From positions 12,089 through 76,088 of the forward strand of contig CAYSFB010000006.1 of NCBI GenBank assembly GCA_964430735.1: DNA of 64,000 nt, read 5' to 3'. The DNA comes from an uncultured Planctomycetia bacterium. GTDB lineage: Bacteria; Omnitrophota; Gorgyraeia; 2-02-FULL-51-18; JAGOUK01. The notes below the pieces were generated by a model that ran no database searches, was not told where the DNA came from, and saw only the letters and a list, made by a program, of their open reading frames with translations. The translations under genes and the position numbers were made by a program. This document shows positions 1-10,883 of the stretch, piece after piece. Numbering within the stretch: the stretch's first letter is position 1; every line of letters starts with the position of its first letter.

Positions 1-1207
1 TGGCCTGGCACAGCGTGAGATTGGCCGCTTTTTGCGTCGTCACGGCCGTTTCTTTCTGAAAAGCGACCTGGTTGTGAATCGACGCGATCTCGAGCTGGTC
101 GATTTCCGCGACGAGCTTCGATTCGAACGCCTTGTCCTGACGGATTTTGTAATCGGCGATCTGCTTGAAAAGTTCCTCCTGATACCTCAGGTTATAAACC
201 GCGTTCACCGCGTTCCGGTACGCCTCTCCGGTCTGCCGGACGATGTCCGTCCGTTCCTTCTGGTAACGGAGCTCGTCCGCCCGCAATGCCGCCTGCGCCT
301 GACGCAGCGTGAAGGCCAGCTCACCTCCGTAATACACCGGCTGAGAAAAATTCAGCATCGCCCGCTTGGAATGATAGGACGAATCGGCAATCAAACCTCC
401 GCCATGCGAAAATTCGAGTCCCGCGGTCGGAAAAAATGCCCGCACGGCTTCTCCGACCTTGCGACGCGCGCCGGCGGCACGGTGGCGGAGAGACTCGAGC
501 ATCAGGCTGCTCTTGACTGCGATGTCCTCGGCTTCGGTCAGCGTCACGACGTTATCCGACATCGCAATGGTCAGCGCTAGCTGGCCCTCGGGAGGAGAAA
601 TGGTCCGGCTCGTCCCGCCGATATCCATGGGCCGTTCTTCGATGTCTTTGTTGATCCGGTGTTTGACGTAACGGGCTTTGAGGTTGTTCGGGTCAATTTT
701 GAGCGCTTCGTCGGCCAGCTCGTACGCTTCGTCATACATTTCTTTGCGGGAATAGGCGCTACTGGCCTTCCACGCGATGTCCTGCGCTTGTTTTTTGGGA
801 TTTGCCGATTTAAAAGGCATCGACGCAGGATCCGTATCGGCTGCCCGGATCACCACCGACTCCGGCTTGGGTTCTTTACGGAACTCGGCCTTGATTGGGG
901 TGGCCGCAGTCTTTTTAGTAGCCGGAGCGGCCACCGGCTTCAAATTCGTCCTCAAATCCTTTTTCACTTCCTCCACAACCGGGTTTGCACCAAGTTTTTT
1001 TTCCGCTTCTTTAATGGCTTTATTAATCCGATCAACGACCTCGGAAGAATCAGCAGCCTTATCGGATTTGGGAGAGGGGGCTGTCTTGGAATACGCGGGA
1101 TGAATGCAAAAAATCAGGCCTGGCAGCAGAAAAAACAAGCCTGCAAGCACCCATTTTTTTGAGCGTTTATGTTTTTCGGAGCGGAAAAAATCCATTGTAG
1201 CTTTCAT
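1..1207 (-). CDS. TolC-family outer membrane efflux protein, N-terminal part (start codon at 1205-1207, gene continues beyond the window start); not in ORF track because it runs off the edge
   Basis: Minus-strand reading frame is open from the ATG at 1207 down to position 1. It has a signal-peptide-like N-terminus (MKATMDFFRSEKHKRSKKWVLAGLFFLLPGLIFC). The later region shows OEP-type heptad and leucine-rich repeats (e.g. ...NFSQPVYYGGELAFTLRQAQAALRADELRYQKER...). An AT-rich promoter-like region lies upstream at 1208-1341. Confidence 0.55.
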   Translation of the reverse strand, partial: MKATMDFFRSEKHKRSKKWVLAGLFFLLPGLIFCIHPAYSKTAPSPKSDKAADSSEVVDRINKAIKEAEKKLGANPVVEEVKKDLRTNLKPVAAPATKKTAATPIKAEFRKEPKPESVVIRAADTDPASMPFKSANPKKQAQDIAWKASSAYSRKEMYDEAYELADEALKIDPNNLKARYVKHRINKDIEERPMDIGGTSRTISPPEGQLALTIAMSDNVVTLTEAEDIAVKSSLMLESLRHRAAGARRKVGEAVRAFFPTAGLEFSHGGGLIADSSYHSKRAMLNFSQPVYYGGELAFTLRQAQAALRADELRYQKERTDIVRQTGEAYRNAVNAVYNLRYQEELFKQIADYKIRQDKAFESKLVAEIDQLEIASIHNQVAFQKETAVTTQKAANLTLCQA

Positions 1208-1341
1208 AGAATTGTTAATATTTTATGACTATGACTAACTATTGTCAATCATGGTCCTTTAAATACATATAAGTATAAATAAAAGATACTGCCACCCCTT
1301 AAGGAGAATGGCAAATTCGATCGCAGTTGTCGTGGCTTGGT

Positions 1342-3264
1342 TTAACGCGAGAGAGGTAAGGTAGCCGCGGACGGGAGATGGCCCAGCATTTCTTGGGCGG
1401 TCGAAGCAATCTTTTGGGGCGAAAGGCCGCAAAGGTCGAGCAGGATGTTGCGGGGACCGTGTTCGATGAAGCGGTCTGGAATGCCGAGACAGCGGACCGG
1501 GGTCAGAATCTGCCGTTCGCTCAAGGCTTCCAGGACCGCGGAACCGAATCCGCCGGCCACACAGCCTTCTTCGAGCGTCACGATTGCGCGGGTTTTTTGA
1601 GCCCAGGCCACGATGAGCGCCTCGTCGAGCGGCTTGGCGAACCGGGCGTTGATGACGCCCGCACTCACGCCTTCGCGCTCGAGGAGCGCGGCCGCGTCGA
1701 GCGCCGGCCCGGTCATGGCGCCGTAGGCGACCAGCATGACGTCGGACCCTTCTTTGAGAAGCTCGGACTTTCCGAGTTCGATCGGCGCGTGGGCAAACTG
1801 GTTGAGGGCCGGGTGCAGCAATTCGGTCACGGCTCCACGCGGATACCGCAACGCAATGGGTCCGGACGTGTGGTCGGCCGCGAAGCGGATCATCTGCTCG
1901 AATTCCTTGCCGTCGCGCGGCGCCAGCACCGTCATCCCGGGGATTTTGCGCATGAACGAGATGTCCAGAACGCCGTGATGCGTCGGACCGTCTTCGCCGA
2001 CCAGGCCTCCGCGGTCCATCGCGAGAACCACCGACAAGTTTTGCAGCGCGATGTCGTGCACGATCTGGTCGAATGCTCGCTGCATGAACGTTGAATAAAC
2101 CGCAGCGAATGGCCGCATCTTCTCGTAGGCCAGCCCCGCGCAGAACGTAATGCCGTGCTCCTCGGAAATACCGACGTCGAAGAAGCGCTCGGGGAATTTT
2201 TGACCGAATTTCACGAGGCCGGTCCCCTCAGGCATGCCGCCGGTGAGCGCGGTGATCTTCAGGTTCGTCTCGGCCAATTCGCAAAGCGTCTGGCCGAACA
2301 CCTCGGTGTAGGTGAGGTCGGTGGATTTTTTCTTAAGCTCGCCCGTCTTCATGTCGAACGGCGCGGAGGCGTGCCAGCGGATCGGGTCGGCTTCCGCCAT
2401 GGGCATCCCCTTGCCCTTTTTGGTGACGACGTGAATAAGAACGGGTCCTGGAATCGAAAATATTTTGGGAAACAGGTCGAGCATCCGCTCCATGTCGTGT
2501 CCGTCAAGAGGGCCGAAATAGCGAAATCCGAAGTTTTCGAACAGCTGTCCCGGCACGAGGAGATGCTTCACGCCCTCTTCAATGTACTTGATCTTGCCGA
2601 GCACGCGGCCGCCGACCTTGGGAAGGCGTCCGATAAGACCCTCGACCTCTTCGCGCAGATGGTTGTACGTGGGGTTGGTGATGACCTGGTTCAGATAGCG
2701 GGACATGGCGCCTACGGATTTGGAAATGCTCATCTCGTTGTCGTTCAGGATCACGACGAGATTTTCTTTGATGTGGCCGGCGTGGTTCATCGCTTCGAAG
2801 GCCATGCCGTTGGCGATCGACGTGTCGCCGATCACCGCGATCACCTTGGAGTTCTGTCCGCGGCGGCGGCGCGCGACGGCGACGCCCAGCGCGGCGGAAA
2901 TCGACGGACCGCCGTGGCCCGTGGTGAACACGTCGTAGGGACTTTCGCCGGCGTTCACGAGACCCGAAAGGCCTTTGTATTGGCGGAACGATTGGCGGAA
3001 CGCGTCGCGGCGGCCGGTCAGAATTTTGTGGGCCTGCACCTGATGGCCGACGTCCCAGACCAGGAAGTCGTTCGGAGTGTCGAGGACATAGTGCAGCGCC
3101 ACGGTGAGATCCGTGACGCCAAGACCCGCACCGAGATGGCCGCCTTTTTCGGAGACGGTCTCAATGATGCAGTCGCGCACTTCCCGAGCCAGACGCGGAA
3201 GTTCCGTCTTGGGAAGTTTGCGGATGTCCGCGGGAGAATTGATGTGGGGCAGCAGCGGTTCCAT
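1342..3264 (-). CDS. dxs: 1-deoxy-D-xylulose-5-phosphate synthase
   Basis: 640 aa. Carries the TPP-binding motifs GHxG/GDG...NDN (VGHQVQAHKILTGRR, IGDTSIANGMAFEAMNHAG, ILNDNEMSIS), typical of Dxs. Confidence 0.95.
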   Translation of the reverse strand: MEPLLPHINSPADIRKLPKTELPRLAREVRDCIIETVSEKGGHLGAGLGVTDLTVALHYVLDTPNDFLVWDVGHQVQAHKILTGRRDAFRQSFRQYKGLSGLVNAGESPYDVFTTGHGGPSISAALGVAVARRRRGQNSKVIAVIGDTSIANGMAFEAMNHAGHIKENLVVILNDNEMSISKSVGAMSRYLNQVITNPTYNHLREEVEGLIGRLPKVGGRVLGKIKYIEEGVKHLLVPGQLFENFGFRYFGPLDGHDMERMLDLFPKIFSIPGPVLIHVVTKKGKGMPMAEADPIRWHASAPFDMKTGELKKKSTDLTYTEVFGQTLCELAETNLKITALTGGMPEGTGLVKFGQKFPERFFDVGISEEHGITFCAGLAYEKMRPFAAVYSTFMQRAFDQIVHDIALQNLSVVLAMDRGGLVGEDGPTHHGVLDISFMRKIPGMTVLAPRDGKEFEQMIRFAADHTSGPIALRYPRGAVTELLHPALNQFAHAPIELGKSELLKEGSDVMLVAYGAMTGPALDAAALLEREGVSAGVINARFAKPLDEALIVAWAQKTRAIVTLEEGCVAGGFGSAVLEALSERQILTPVRCLGIPDRFIEHGPRNILLDLCGLSPQKIASTAQEMLGHLPSAATLPLSR

Positions 3265-3273
3265 AAAAAAATC

Positions 3274-4110
3274 TTATGCTTTGCGTTCGAATAAAAAGTC
3301 GGCGAACGCCAACAGTTCCGCGGCTTCGGGGCCGAACGGCTTCACGGCGGACTTGGCCCGATCGCGCACCTGGGCGGCCAACGCATAGGTCTTGTCGGCA
3401 CCCAAAAGCGGAACATAACCGTCGCCGTCTATAATATCATCCACCAGCTGAAACAAAAACCCTACTTCTTGGCCGTATTTTTTGAGTCTTCTAACGGCTC
3501 CAGGGGCCGCTCCGGCCCACAAAGCTCCTGCCTCGCAGGCCACAGTGATCAAACAGCCTGTCTTAAGCGTGTTGATCCGGGACAATTCGTCGATCTTCAC
3601 CTGCTTCTTCTGATGCTTCAGGTCCGCGGCCTGACCGCCGACCATTCCATACGCGCCGGCGGCACGGCCGACGGCCGCGATCACCTGTCTCCGCCGCGGT
3701 TCGGCCACGTCCTTGGCCTCCGCCAATACGATAAACGCCTGGGTCAAGAGCGCATCTCCCGCCAAAATCGCCGTCGCCTCGTCGAACTGCTTATGACAGG
3801 TCTTGCGCCCCCGCCTGAAGTCGTCGTCGTCCATCGCCGGCAAATCGTCGTGCACGAGCGAGTACGCGTGAATCATCTCCAGCGCCGCGGCCAAAGGCAT
3901 CGCCTTCGCTCCGCGCGCGCCGCAGACCCGGGCCGCTTCGAGCACGAGGTACGGCCGGACGCGCTTGCCGCCGGAAAAAACGGAATAGCTCATCGCTTCG
4001 GCCAAATGCGCCGGATACAGCTTTTTACCGGGCAACAGCTTCGCCAGCGCACGGTCGACGGCGCGGGCTGTTTGGGCTAAACGCCCGGGAATGTTCACGG
4101 AGGGGGCCAA
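3274..4110 (-). CDS. ispA: polyprenyl synthetase (farnesyl/geranylgeranyl diphosphate synthase)
   Basis: 278 aa with both aspartate-rich motifs (LVHDDLPAMDDDDFRRG and FQLVDDIID). It sits in the conserved xseB-ispA-dxs arrangement. Confidence 0.8.
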   Translation of the reverse strand: MAPSVNIPGRLAQTARAVDRALAKLLPGKKLYPAHLAEAMSYSVFSGGKRVRPYLVLEAARVCGARGAKAMPLAAALEMIHAYSLVHDDLPAMDDDDFRRGRKTCHKQFDEATAILAGDALLTQAFIVLAEAKDVAEPRRRQVIAAVGRAAGAYGMVGGQAADLKHQKKQVKIDELSRINTLKTGCLITVACEAGALWAGAAPGAVRRLKKYGQEVGFLFQLVDDIIDGDGYVPLLGADKTYALAAQVRDRAKSAVKPFGPEAAELLAFADFLFERKA

Positions 4111-4113
4111 GAA

Positions 4114-4371
4114 CTACTTCTTGGCCTTTTTAGGCTTGAAGTCTTCGTCGGCGGGAACGGCCTTGGCTTCGCCCGATGAGCTGCGGAGCAGGACTTCGAT
4201 CCGTTTCTGGGCTTCTTCCAGGCGCTTGGTGCAGCCCTGGCTCAATTTGATGCCTTCTTCATAGAGCTTGAGGGCTTCGTCAAGATTGAGATCACCGCTC
4301 TCCATGCGGCCGACGATGTCTTCCAGGCGCTTCAGCTGATCTTCGAACTTCGCTTCTTTGACTTGTGTCAT
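4114..4371 (-). CDS. xseB: exodeoxyribonuclease VII small subunit
   Basis: 85 aa coiled-coil protein (FEDQLKRLEDIVGRMESGDLNLDEALKLYEEGIKL). Its start overlaps the xseA stop by 4 nt. Confidence 0.9.
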   Translation of the reverse strand: MTQVKEAKFEDQLKRLEDIVGRMESGDLNLDEALKLYEEGIKLSQGCTKRLEEAQKRIEVLLRSSSGEAKAVPADEDFKPKKAKK

Positions 4372-5618
4372 GATGACTCCGTTGGTTCTACGCGCGTCTG
4401 GACTTCGCCGTCGGCGACCCGCACGCGGATCCGCTTCGAGGACCTGAGCTGGCGCGTGGATTTTATAATGCCTCCCGATGCCGCGTCAAATAGGATGCTG
4501 TAACCGCGCTCGAGGCATTTCTGGGGGCTGAGCGCCTCCAGTTTACCGAGCAGGTACCGGAGCTCCTTCTGCCGATCGGACGACGAGCGCTCAGCGGCTG
4601 CATGCAGCGCATCCGCCAGATCGTCCACCGCCTGTTGAAGCTCTTCGAACAGACTTTCGGGCCGCTGAAAAACCCTGGACCCCTTGAGCCGTTCGAGCGT
4701 TTCGCGACGGTCGTCCACTTCACGTTCGAGCGCCCGCGCAAGGCGCGCACCGGTCTCGCGCAGCGATGCCTCCAGGTCCTCGAGCCGGGGCAGGAGAATC
4801 TCGGCCGCGGCCGAGGGCGTGGGCGCGCGGCGATCCGCGGCAAAATCCGCGATAGTGTAATCCACTTCATGCCCCACGGCCGAAACGACCGGGATCTCCG
4901 ACGCCGCGATCGCGCGCGCGACGGATTCTTCGTTGAAGGCCCACAAGTCTTCGAGACTCCCGCCGCCGCGCGCCACGACGATCACGTCGATGTCTCCCAG
5001 CGCGTTCAAGTCCGCGATTGCCCGTACGATTTCCGGCGCCGCAGACGGGCCCTGCACCTGCACGGGAGCCAGCACGATGCGGACTTTAAAAAATCTCCGT
5101 TCCCACACGTGCATCATGTCGCGGATGACCGCGCCGGTCGGCGAAGTCACGACGCCGATCGACAGCGGCAAAAACGGCAGCGGACGCTTACGCGCCTCGT
5201 CGAACAGCCCCTCCTTAAGCAGTTTGGCCTTGAGCTGCTCAAACGCCAGCTGAAGCTGACCGAGCCCCTTCGGCTCCATCGAATCGACGACGAGCTGATA
5301 CTGGCCGCGCGGCACATAAATGCTCACCCGTCCATGCAACAAAACTTTTTGTCCCGCCTCGGGCCGGAACCTGAGCCGCATGTTCTCCCGCTTGAACATC
5401 ACGCACTGCAGCGCCGAATCCCCGTCCTTCAGATTGAAGTACATGTGCCCGGAAGAGTGGTGGGTAAAATCAGATATCTCCCCCTCAACCCACACCGAGC
5501 TGAACATATCTTCCAAAGTGAAGCGCACCAGTCGCGTCAACTGCGAGACCGTGTAGATCTTCTTCTCCGCAGAGTCGGCATGTGCCGCTAACCGATCGAT
5601 CTGAATCTCTTCGCTCAT
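4368..5618 (-). CDS. xseA: exodeoxyribonuclease VII large subunit
   Basis: 416 aa. N-terminal OB-fold region followed by the catalytic core (VTSPTGAVIRDMMHV...VVARGGGSLEDLWAFNEE). Confidence 0.9.
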   Translation of the reverse strand: MSEEIQIDRLAAHADSAEKKIYTVSQLTRLVRFTLEDMFSSVWVEGEISDFTHHSSGHMYFNLKDGDSALQCVMFKRENMRLRFRPEAGQKVLLHGRVSIYVPRGQYQLVVDSMEPKGLGQLQLAFEQLKAKLLKEGLFDEARKRPLPFLPLSIGVVTSPTGAVIRDMMHVWERRFFKVRIVLAPVQVQGPSAAPEIVRAIADLNALGDIDVIVVARGGGSLEDLWAFNEESVARAIAASEIPVVSAVGHEVDYTIADFAADRRAPTPSAAAEILLPRLEDLEASLRETGARLARALEREVDDRRETLERLKGSRVFQRPESLFEELQQAVDDLADALHAAAERSSSDRQKELRYLLGKLEALSPQKCLERGYSILFDAASGGIIKSTRQLRSSKRIRVRVADGEVQTRVEPTESS

Positions 5619-5642
5619 AAATTAAATAGGGACACGTACTAT

Positions 5643-7229
5643 TTACCGCTCCCGCGCCGACCGGGCGAATTCAATCGCCCGGGTTTCGCGAATCACGGTG
5701 ACTCGGATTTGCCCTGGAAAATTGGAGCTCTGCTGAACGGCCTTCGTGATCTCACGCGCGAGCGCGGGCATTGCGCTGTCAGGCACTTCATTCGGATTGA
5801 CCAAAATACGCAGTTCGCGGCCCGCCTGGATCGCAAACACGCTCTCGACACCCGGAATATTTTTCGCGACCTTCTCGAGCTTTTCCATCCGGTGCAGATG
5901 CTGTTCGATGGTCTCGCGCCGGGCGCCGGGCCGTGAAGCCGAAATCGCATCGGCCGCCTGAAGGAGGACGGGCCAGACCGACTTGGGCGAAATATCCTCA
6001 TGATGCGCTTCGATCGCGTGGATCACATCGTCCGGCTCGCCGTATTTGCGCGCGAGCTCCCCGCCGATGAGGGCGTGCGGCCCTTCGACCTCATGGGACA
6101 CGGTCTTACCGATGTCGTGCAGCAGCCCCGCCCGGCGCGCGGTCACCGCGTCCAGTCCGAGCTGACCGGCGAACACGTTCATGACGGCTGCGACTTCCTT
6201 GGCGTGCGACAGCGAATTCTGACCGTAGCTGGTCCGGTACTTGAGCTTGCCGACAATGGTCATGAGCTCCGGATGCATGTCCGACACGCCGATCTCGAGC
6301 GCCGCCGCCGCGCCGTCCGCGCGGATCGACTGGTCGAGCTCCTGCCGGACCTTGCCGACCGTTTCCTCGATGCTCGAGGGATGGATGCGGCCGTCCTCGA
6401 TGAGGCGCTCAAGCGCCAGCCGCGCGACCTCACGCCGGACCGGATCAAACGCCGAAAGAACCACCGCGCCGGGCGTTTCGTCGATGACGACGTCGACGCC
6501 CGTCGCCTGTTCGAAGGTGCGAATGTTGCGCCCTTCCTTGCCGATGATACGCCCCTTCATCTCTTCGCCGGGAAGCTGGACGACGCTGACCGTCTGATCG
6601 ATCGAAAGCTCCGTCGCGCAGCGCTGAATGGCCTGGGCGACGATATTCTTGGCCTTCTTGTCGGCCATCTCGCGCGCCTCCTCCTCGACGGTCTTGATCA
6701 TCCGGCTGGCCTCGACGCGAACTTCGGTTTCCATCCGGCGCAGCAGCTGCCGTTTGGCGTCTTCGCTGCCGAGACCCGAAAGGCTCTGAAGGCGCTCCTG
6801 CTCCTCCTGGATCATGCGCTCGAGGTCGGCTTTGCGCTTTTCCATTTCTTTCTCGGCCGCTTTGAGACGGTCGGACGCCTTTTCGGCTTCGTGCTGCTTC
6901 GCGCGGGCTTCGTCCATCTGCTTCTGGGCCGCGCGCTCGCGCTCGCCGGACCGCGCGATGGCTTCCTCCATTTCGCGGCGGCGCAGCGTCTGCGTTTCAT
7001 CAAATTCGTGTTTCAGGCGAAGCAGGTAGCTCTCGCCTTCCTTTTGGAGTTCGGCGCGGCGGCGTTCGGCGTCGCGCTCGGAGGCGGTGCGGATCTCTTC
7101 GGCGCGCGTCTCGGCGCCGCGGATTTTTTGCTCGCCGATCTTGAGGCGGACCCAGTATCCGAGCGCCGTAAAAACGGCGCCGAAGACGAGGCTGAGGAGG
7201 ATGAACGAAACGAGGCTGGCGGTGCTCAT
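5643..7229 (-). CDS. rny: ribonuclease Y
   Basis: 528 aa. N-terminal TM helix, long coiled-coil, KH domain (GRIIGKEGRNIRTFEQATGVDVVID) and HD domain (HAKEVAAVMNV...LLHDIGK). Confidence 0.9.
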   Translation of the reverse strand: MSTASLVSFILLSLVFGAVFTALGYWVRLKIGEQKIRGAETRAEEIRTASERDAERRRAELQKEGESYLLRLKHEFDETQTLRRREMEEAIARSGERERAAQKQMDEARAKQHEAEKASDRLKAAEKEMEKRKADLERMIQEEQERLQSLSGLGSEDAKRQLLRRMETEVRVEASRMIKTVEEEAREMADKKAKNIVAQAIQRCATELSIDQTVSVVQLPGEEMKGRIIGKEGRNIRTFEQATGVDVVIDETPGAVVLSAFDPVRREVARLALERLIEDGRIHPSSIEETVGKVRQELDQSIRADGAAAALEIGVSDMHPELMTIVGKLKYRTSYGQNSLSHAKEVAAVMNVFAGQLGLDAVTARRAGLLHDIGKTVSHEVEGPHALIGGELARKYGEPDDVIHAIEAHHEDISPKSVWPVLLQAADAISASRPGARRETIEQHLHRMEKLEKVAKNIPGVESVFAIQAGRELRILVNPNEVPDSAMPALAREITKAVQQSSNFPGQIRVTVIRETRAIEFARSARER

Positions 7230-7289
7230 TTTAAAGGAACTCCATTTTCGAAGGGCCGCCCTCCAAACTGCCGGCGGAGCCCGCTTGAT

Positions 7290-7856
7290 TTATGCGAACA
7301 GGACGCGGTCTACTTTTTCGTCGTGCGGCTCGCGCGGAACGCGGTCCACGCGCTGACATTCAAACGCCGGCGCGATGCGCGCGGCCTTCCGGCCGAGCCG
7401 GGACAAAAACTTGTCGTAATACCCCTTGCCGCGGCCGAGCCGGTATCCCTCGCGGTCAAACGCGAGTCCGGGCACGATCACGCAATCAATCGCTGCCGGG
7501 TCCGCCGCCGGCAGCACGCCGGGGTCCGGCTCGAGAATCCCGAACGGCCCGGGAACAAAAGAACCTTCCCAGCGCGTGAGCCGCCGCGCTTCGAGCACGC
7601 CTTCCGCCGCCAGGACGCGCGGGACGAGGACGGTGCGCCCCTCGGACAAAAGCCGCCGGATGAGGCCGTGCGTATCAAACTCCTCGGGCATCGACACATA
7701 GCAAAATACGGTGCGGCTTTTTTGAAAAAGTTCGTCCGCCTGAAGCTCCCCGGCGAGCCGTGCGGACCGAAGCCGCCGGTCCTCGGGACTCATCTGCCGC
7801 AGCGCGGCCGCAATCCTGCTCCGCAGCGCTTTTTTTTGATCCGCGACGGGATCCAT
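7290..7856 (-). CDS. 5-formyltetrahydrofolate cyclo-ligase (MTHFS)
   Basis: Conserved motifs LVPRV, GYRLGRGKGYYD. I chose the internal Met (MDPVADQKKALRSRI...), which gives about 188 aa. Its ATG overlaps the Rrf2 stop as TGATG. The track ORF extends to 7979, but that extension is an Arg/Pro-rich stretch with no recognisable similarity. Confidence 0.75.
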   Translation of the reverse strand: MDPVADQKKALRSRIAAALRQMSPEDRRLRSARLAGELQADELFQKSRTVFCYVSMPEEFDTHGLIRRLLSEGRTVLVPRVLAAEGVLEARRLTRWEGSFVPGPFGILEPDPGVLPAADPAAIDCVIVPGLAFDREGYRLGRGKGYYDKFLSRLGRKAARIAPAFECQRVDRVPREPHDEKVDRVLFA

Positions 7857-8323
7857 CAAATATTGAAGTGGATCGGCTGCGCGAGAGCCGACCGGGGTTC
7901 CTGCCGCGCCGACTGGATCAGCTCTTCGAGCGAAACGCGGCTCAGGGCTTCGGCGAAGCCGTCCGACAGCCTCCGCCAAAAAAGCTCGGCCGCCGTGCGG
8001 GCAACCGGTTGGGACTTGCGGCTCGACGATGCGGCCGATCCGCGGGCTTCACCGCTCACGAGCTCGTCCTCGCCGAGTGCGGATAGCAGCGCGCCGACGC
8101 TGATTTGAGACGGCTTGGCCGTAAGCACATACCCGCCGCGCGGGCCACGGACGCTTTTGACCCAGCCCTCGCGCTTGATGCGGCTCAAGATCTGCTCGAG
8201 GTAGGCGGCCGAGATTTTTTCGTCCTCGGCGATTTGCGAAATGGAGACAGCGCTCTCCCCGTACCGTTCGGCGAGATAAAGCATCGCCGTCAGACCGTAA
8301 GTGGCGCGGGTAGAAAACTTCAT
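7856..8323 (-). CDS. Rrf2-family transcriptional regulator
   Basis: 155 aa with an Rrf2 winged-helix N-terminus (MKFSTRATYGLTAMLYLAE...SVRGPRGGYVLTAKP). It lacks the three-Cys Fe-S ligand set of IscR. Confidence 0.85.
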   Translation of the reverse strand: MKFSTRATYGLTAMLYLAERYGESAVSISQIAEDEKISAAYLEQILSRIKREGWVKSVRGPRGGYVLTAKPSQISVGALLSALGEDELVSGEARGSAASSSRKSQPVARTAAELFWRRLSDGFAEALSRVSLEELIQSARQEPRSALAQPIHFNI

Positions 8324-8333
8324 GGGGTCCCGG

Positions 8334-8771
8334 TCAGCCGCAGCGCTTGCAGAGGCCGAACAGTTTGTGGGAGTGGCTGATGATCTTGAAGCCCTGGCGG
8401 CGGGCTTCCTCTTCCTGGATCTTCTCGATGGCGTCGCTTTCGAACTCCAGGATGGTCTTGCACTTCACGCAGATCAGGTGGTCGTGGTGCTGTTTGCCGA
8501 GCATCGGCTCGTAGGACATGCGTCCGTCGCCGAAGTCGTGTCCTTCGAAGATTTTGGATTCGGTGAGGAGCGCCAGCGTCCGGTAGAGCGTGGCTTTGGA
8601 GATGGTGCGGTCTCGTTTTTTGACGAGGTCGAGCAGCTCTTCGGCGCCGAAGTGGCGCTTGGCCTCGAAGGCTTCGAGCAGGATCGCCCGCCGCTGAGAG
8701 GTGTACTTGAGGTCCCGCGCGGCCAAAAACTCCTCGAACTTTCTCTCGGCGTCGGCCAAAAACGGGCTCAT
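8334..8771 (-). CDS. Fur-family metalloregulator (Fur/Zur/PerR type)
   Basis: Starts at the internal Met (MSPFLADAERKFEEFL...). DNA-binding helix TLYRTLALL. HHDHLICVKC...CKRCG structural Zn site. The upstream part of the track ORF is Arg-rich with no recognisable similarity. Confidence 0.8.
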   Translation of the reverse strand: MSPFLADAERKFEEFLAARDLKYTSQRRAILLEAFEAKRHFGAEELLDLVKKRDRTISKATLYRTLALLTESKIFEGHDFGDGRMSYEPMLGKQHHDHLICVKCKTILEFESDAIEKIQEEEARRQGFKIISHSHKLFGLCKRCG

Positions 8772-8779
8772 GGTCACCT

Positions 8780-8989
8780 CTAGCTGCTGCAGCGGATGCG
8801 GACGATGTCCAGTTGTTCCCGGATATCTTTGAGCTGTTGGGCGATGTCGGCCTGGCTCTTGATCAGCGTGCCGATGTCTTTCTTGATCTGCGCCAGTTCC
8901 GCGTCCGGAACGTCGGCTGCGCGGACGCTCGCGGTCCCCACCGCCGCTGCTGCGGCCAAAACCAGCAGCAGCCATCCCGCGCGCTTCAT
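8780..8989 (-). CDS. small secreted/periplasmic coiled-coil protein (hypothetical)
   Basis: 69 aa: signal peptide MKRAGWLLLVLAAAAAVGTASVRA followed by an amphipathic helix. Its ATG directly abuts the stop of the upstream NIL-domain gene (TAGATG), and it ends 10 nt before the Fur start, so it looks operonic. Confidence 0.4.
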   Translation of the reverse strand: MKRAGWLLLVLAAAAAVGTASVRAADVPDAELAQIKKDIGTLIKSQADIAQQLKDIREQLDIVRIRCSS

Positions 8990-9229
8990 CTAGACCGTCG
9001 TCCGGCCGTCGGCGGCTTCGACTTTGACGCCGCGCGACTCGAGGTATTTGACGCCGGCGGTGAGGTCCGCTTCGGCACCTTCGAGTTCGAGCGTCATCTC
9101 GCCGATCGTCTCCGTCACGCGCGCGCGGCGGATGTTCGGGATGATGTTGAACTGCTTGGCCATCGTGAAGACCACCGGCTCCTGAACCCGTTCCGGCGGA
9201 AACACCAGCGTGACGCGTCGTGATGCCAT
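8990..9229 (-). CDS. NIL-domain (ferredoxin-like, MetN C-terminal type) small protein
   Basis: About 79 aa from the Met preceded by AAGGAGAG (MASRRVTLVFPPERVQEPVVFTMAKQFNIIPNIRRARV...LELEGAEADLTAGVKYLESRGVKVE). NIL-like beta-alpha-beta pattern. It lies between the sulfur-carrier gene and the fur-family gene. Confidence 0.55.
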   Translation of the reverse strand: MASRRVTLVFPPERVQEPVVFTMAKQFNIIPNIRRARVTETIGEMTLELEGAEADLTAGVKYLESRGVKVEAADGRTTV

Positions 9230-9251
9230 GTGACTCTCCTTTAAGAAAAAG

Positions 9252-9533
9252 TTAGCGCGCTCCGCCCGCAATGGCCGGAATGATCGAAACTTCGTCGCCG
9301 TCCTTAAGAGCCGTCTCGGCGCCGCTCAGGAAACGGATGTCTTCCTCGTTCACGTACACGTTCACAAAGCGGCGAAGCTTGCCGTCCGCATCGCAAAGGC
9401 GTTCCTTGATCCCGGGGAATTTGGCCTCGAGGTCTTTGAGCATGTCGTTCACGTTCGCGCCGGCAACCTGGACTTCGGACTGGTTGGCGGTGAGCTTTTG
9501 AAGGGGGGTCGGGATGCGGACTTTGATGGCCAT
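9252..9533 (-). CDS. MoaD/ThiS-family sulfur-carrier protein (CysO-like) with C-terminus ...AIAGGAR
   Basis: About 93 aa from the internal ATG ([25 protein letters not shown]...[16 protein letters not shown]). Beta-grasp pattern. A Gly-Gly is followed by two extra residues (AR) before the stop. A JAMM protease gene lies nearby at 15669-16067. Confidence 0.7.
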   Translation of the reverse strand: MAIKVRIPTPLQKLTANQSEVQVAGANVNDMLKDLEAKFPGIKERLCDADGKLRRFVNVYVNEEDIRFLSGAETALKDGDEVSIIPAIAGGAR

Positions 9534-9546
9534 GGTTGTCTCCTGA

Positions 9547-10800
<1,254 letters not shown>

Positions 10801-10883
10801 TGTGAATAAAGGGGTTGTATTTATTTATGACCAAATTACTTGCGTATTCTAACATCCTGGAATGGGCAGGGCAAGTAATAGCA

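Noticed and set aside
7857-7979. N-terminal extensions of track ORFs: MTHFS to 7979, Fur to 8975, moaD-like to 9605, JAMM to 16259, rarA to 20527, infC to 24981, thrS to 26962, coaB to 28279, yicC to 30187, parA to 32239, yidC to 35871, AKR from 53437, CHASE-GGDEF from 60573, small membrane protein from 58833.
   Set aside because: The extensions are Arg-rich or low-complexity, lack homology to the family N-termini, often overlap the upstream gene, and in several cases use TTG/GTG. Internal Met codons that align with family N-termini, often with ATGA coupling or an SD sequence, were chosen instead.
6000-8108. 702-aa plus-strand ORF antisense to rny and the MTHFS gene. Similar long antisense ORFs occur at 9556-10809 (+), 9602-10777 (-), 33391-35379 (+), 37279-38823 (-), 45593-47407 (-), 48207-50528 (-), 52739-54007 (-), 56783-58813 (-) and 60066-62261 (-).
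   Set aside because: Arg/Pro/Gly/Ala-rich, low-complexity translations that overlap strongly conserved genes on the opposite strand. They are the expected stop-codon-poor antisense frames of a high-GC genome, not genes.
8796-8993. Plus-strand 65-aa ORF and other short ORFs under 110 aa scattered through the coding regions.
   Set aside because: They overlap better-supported genes on the opposite strand or in another frame and have biased low-complexity composition.
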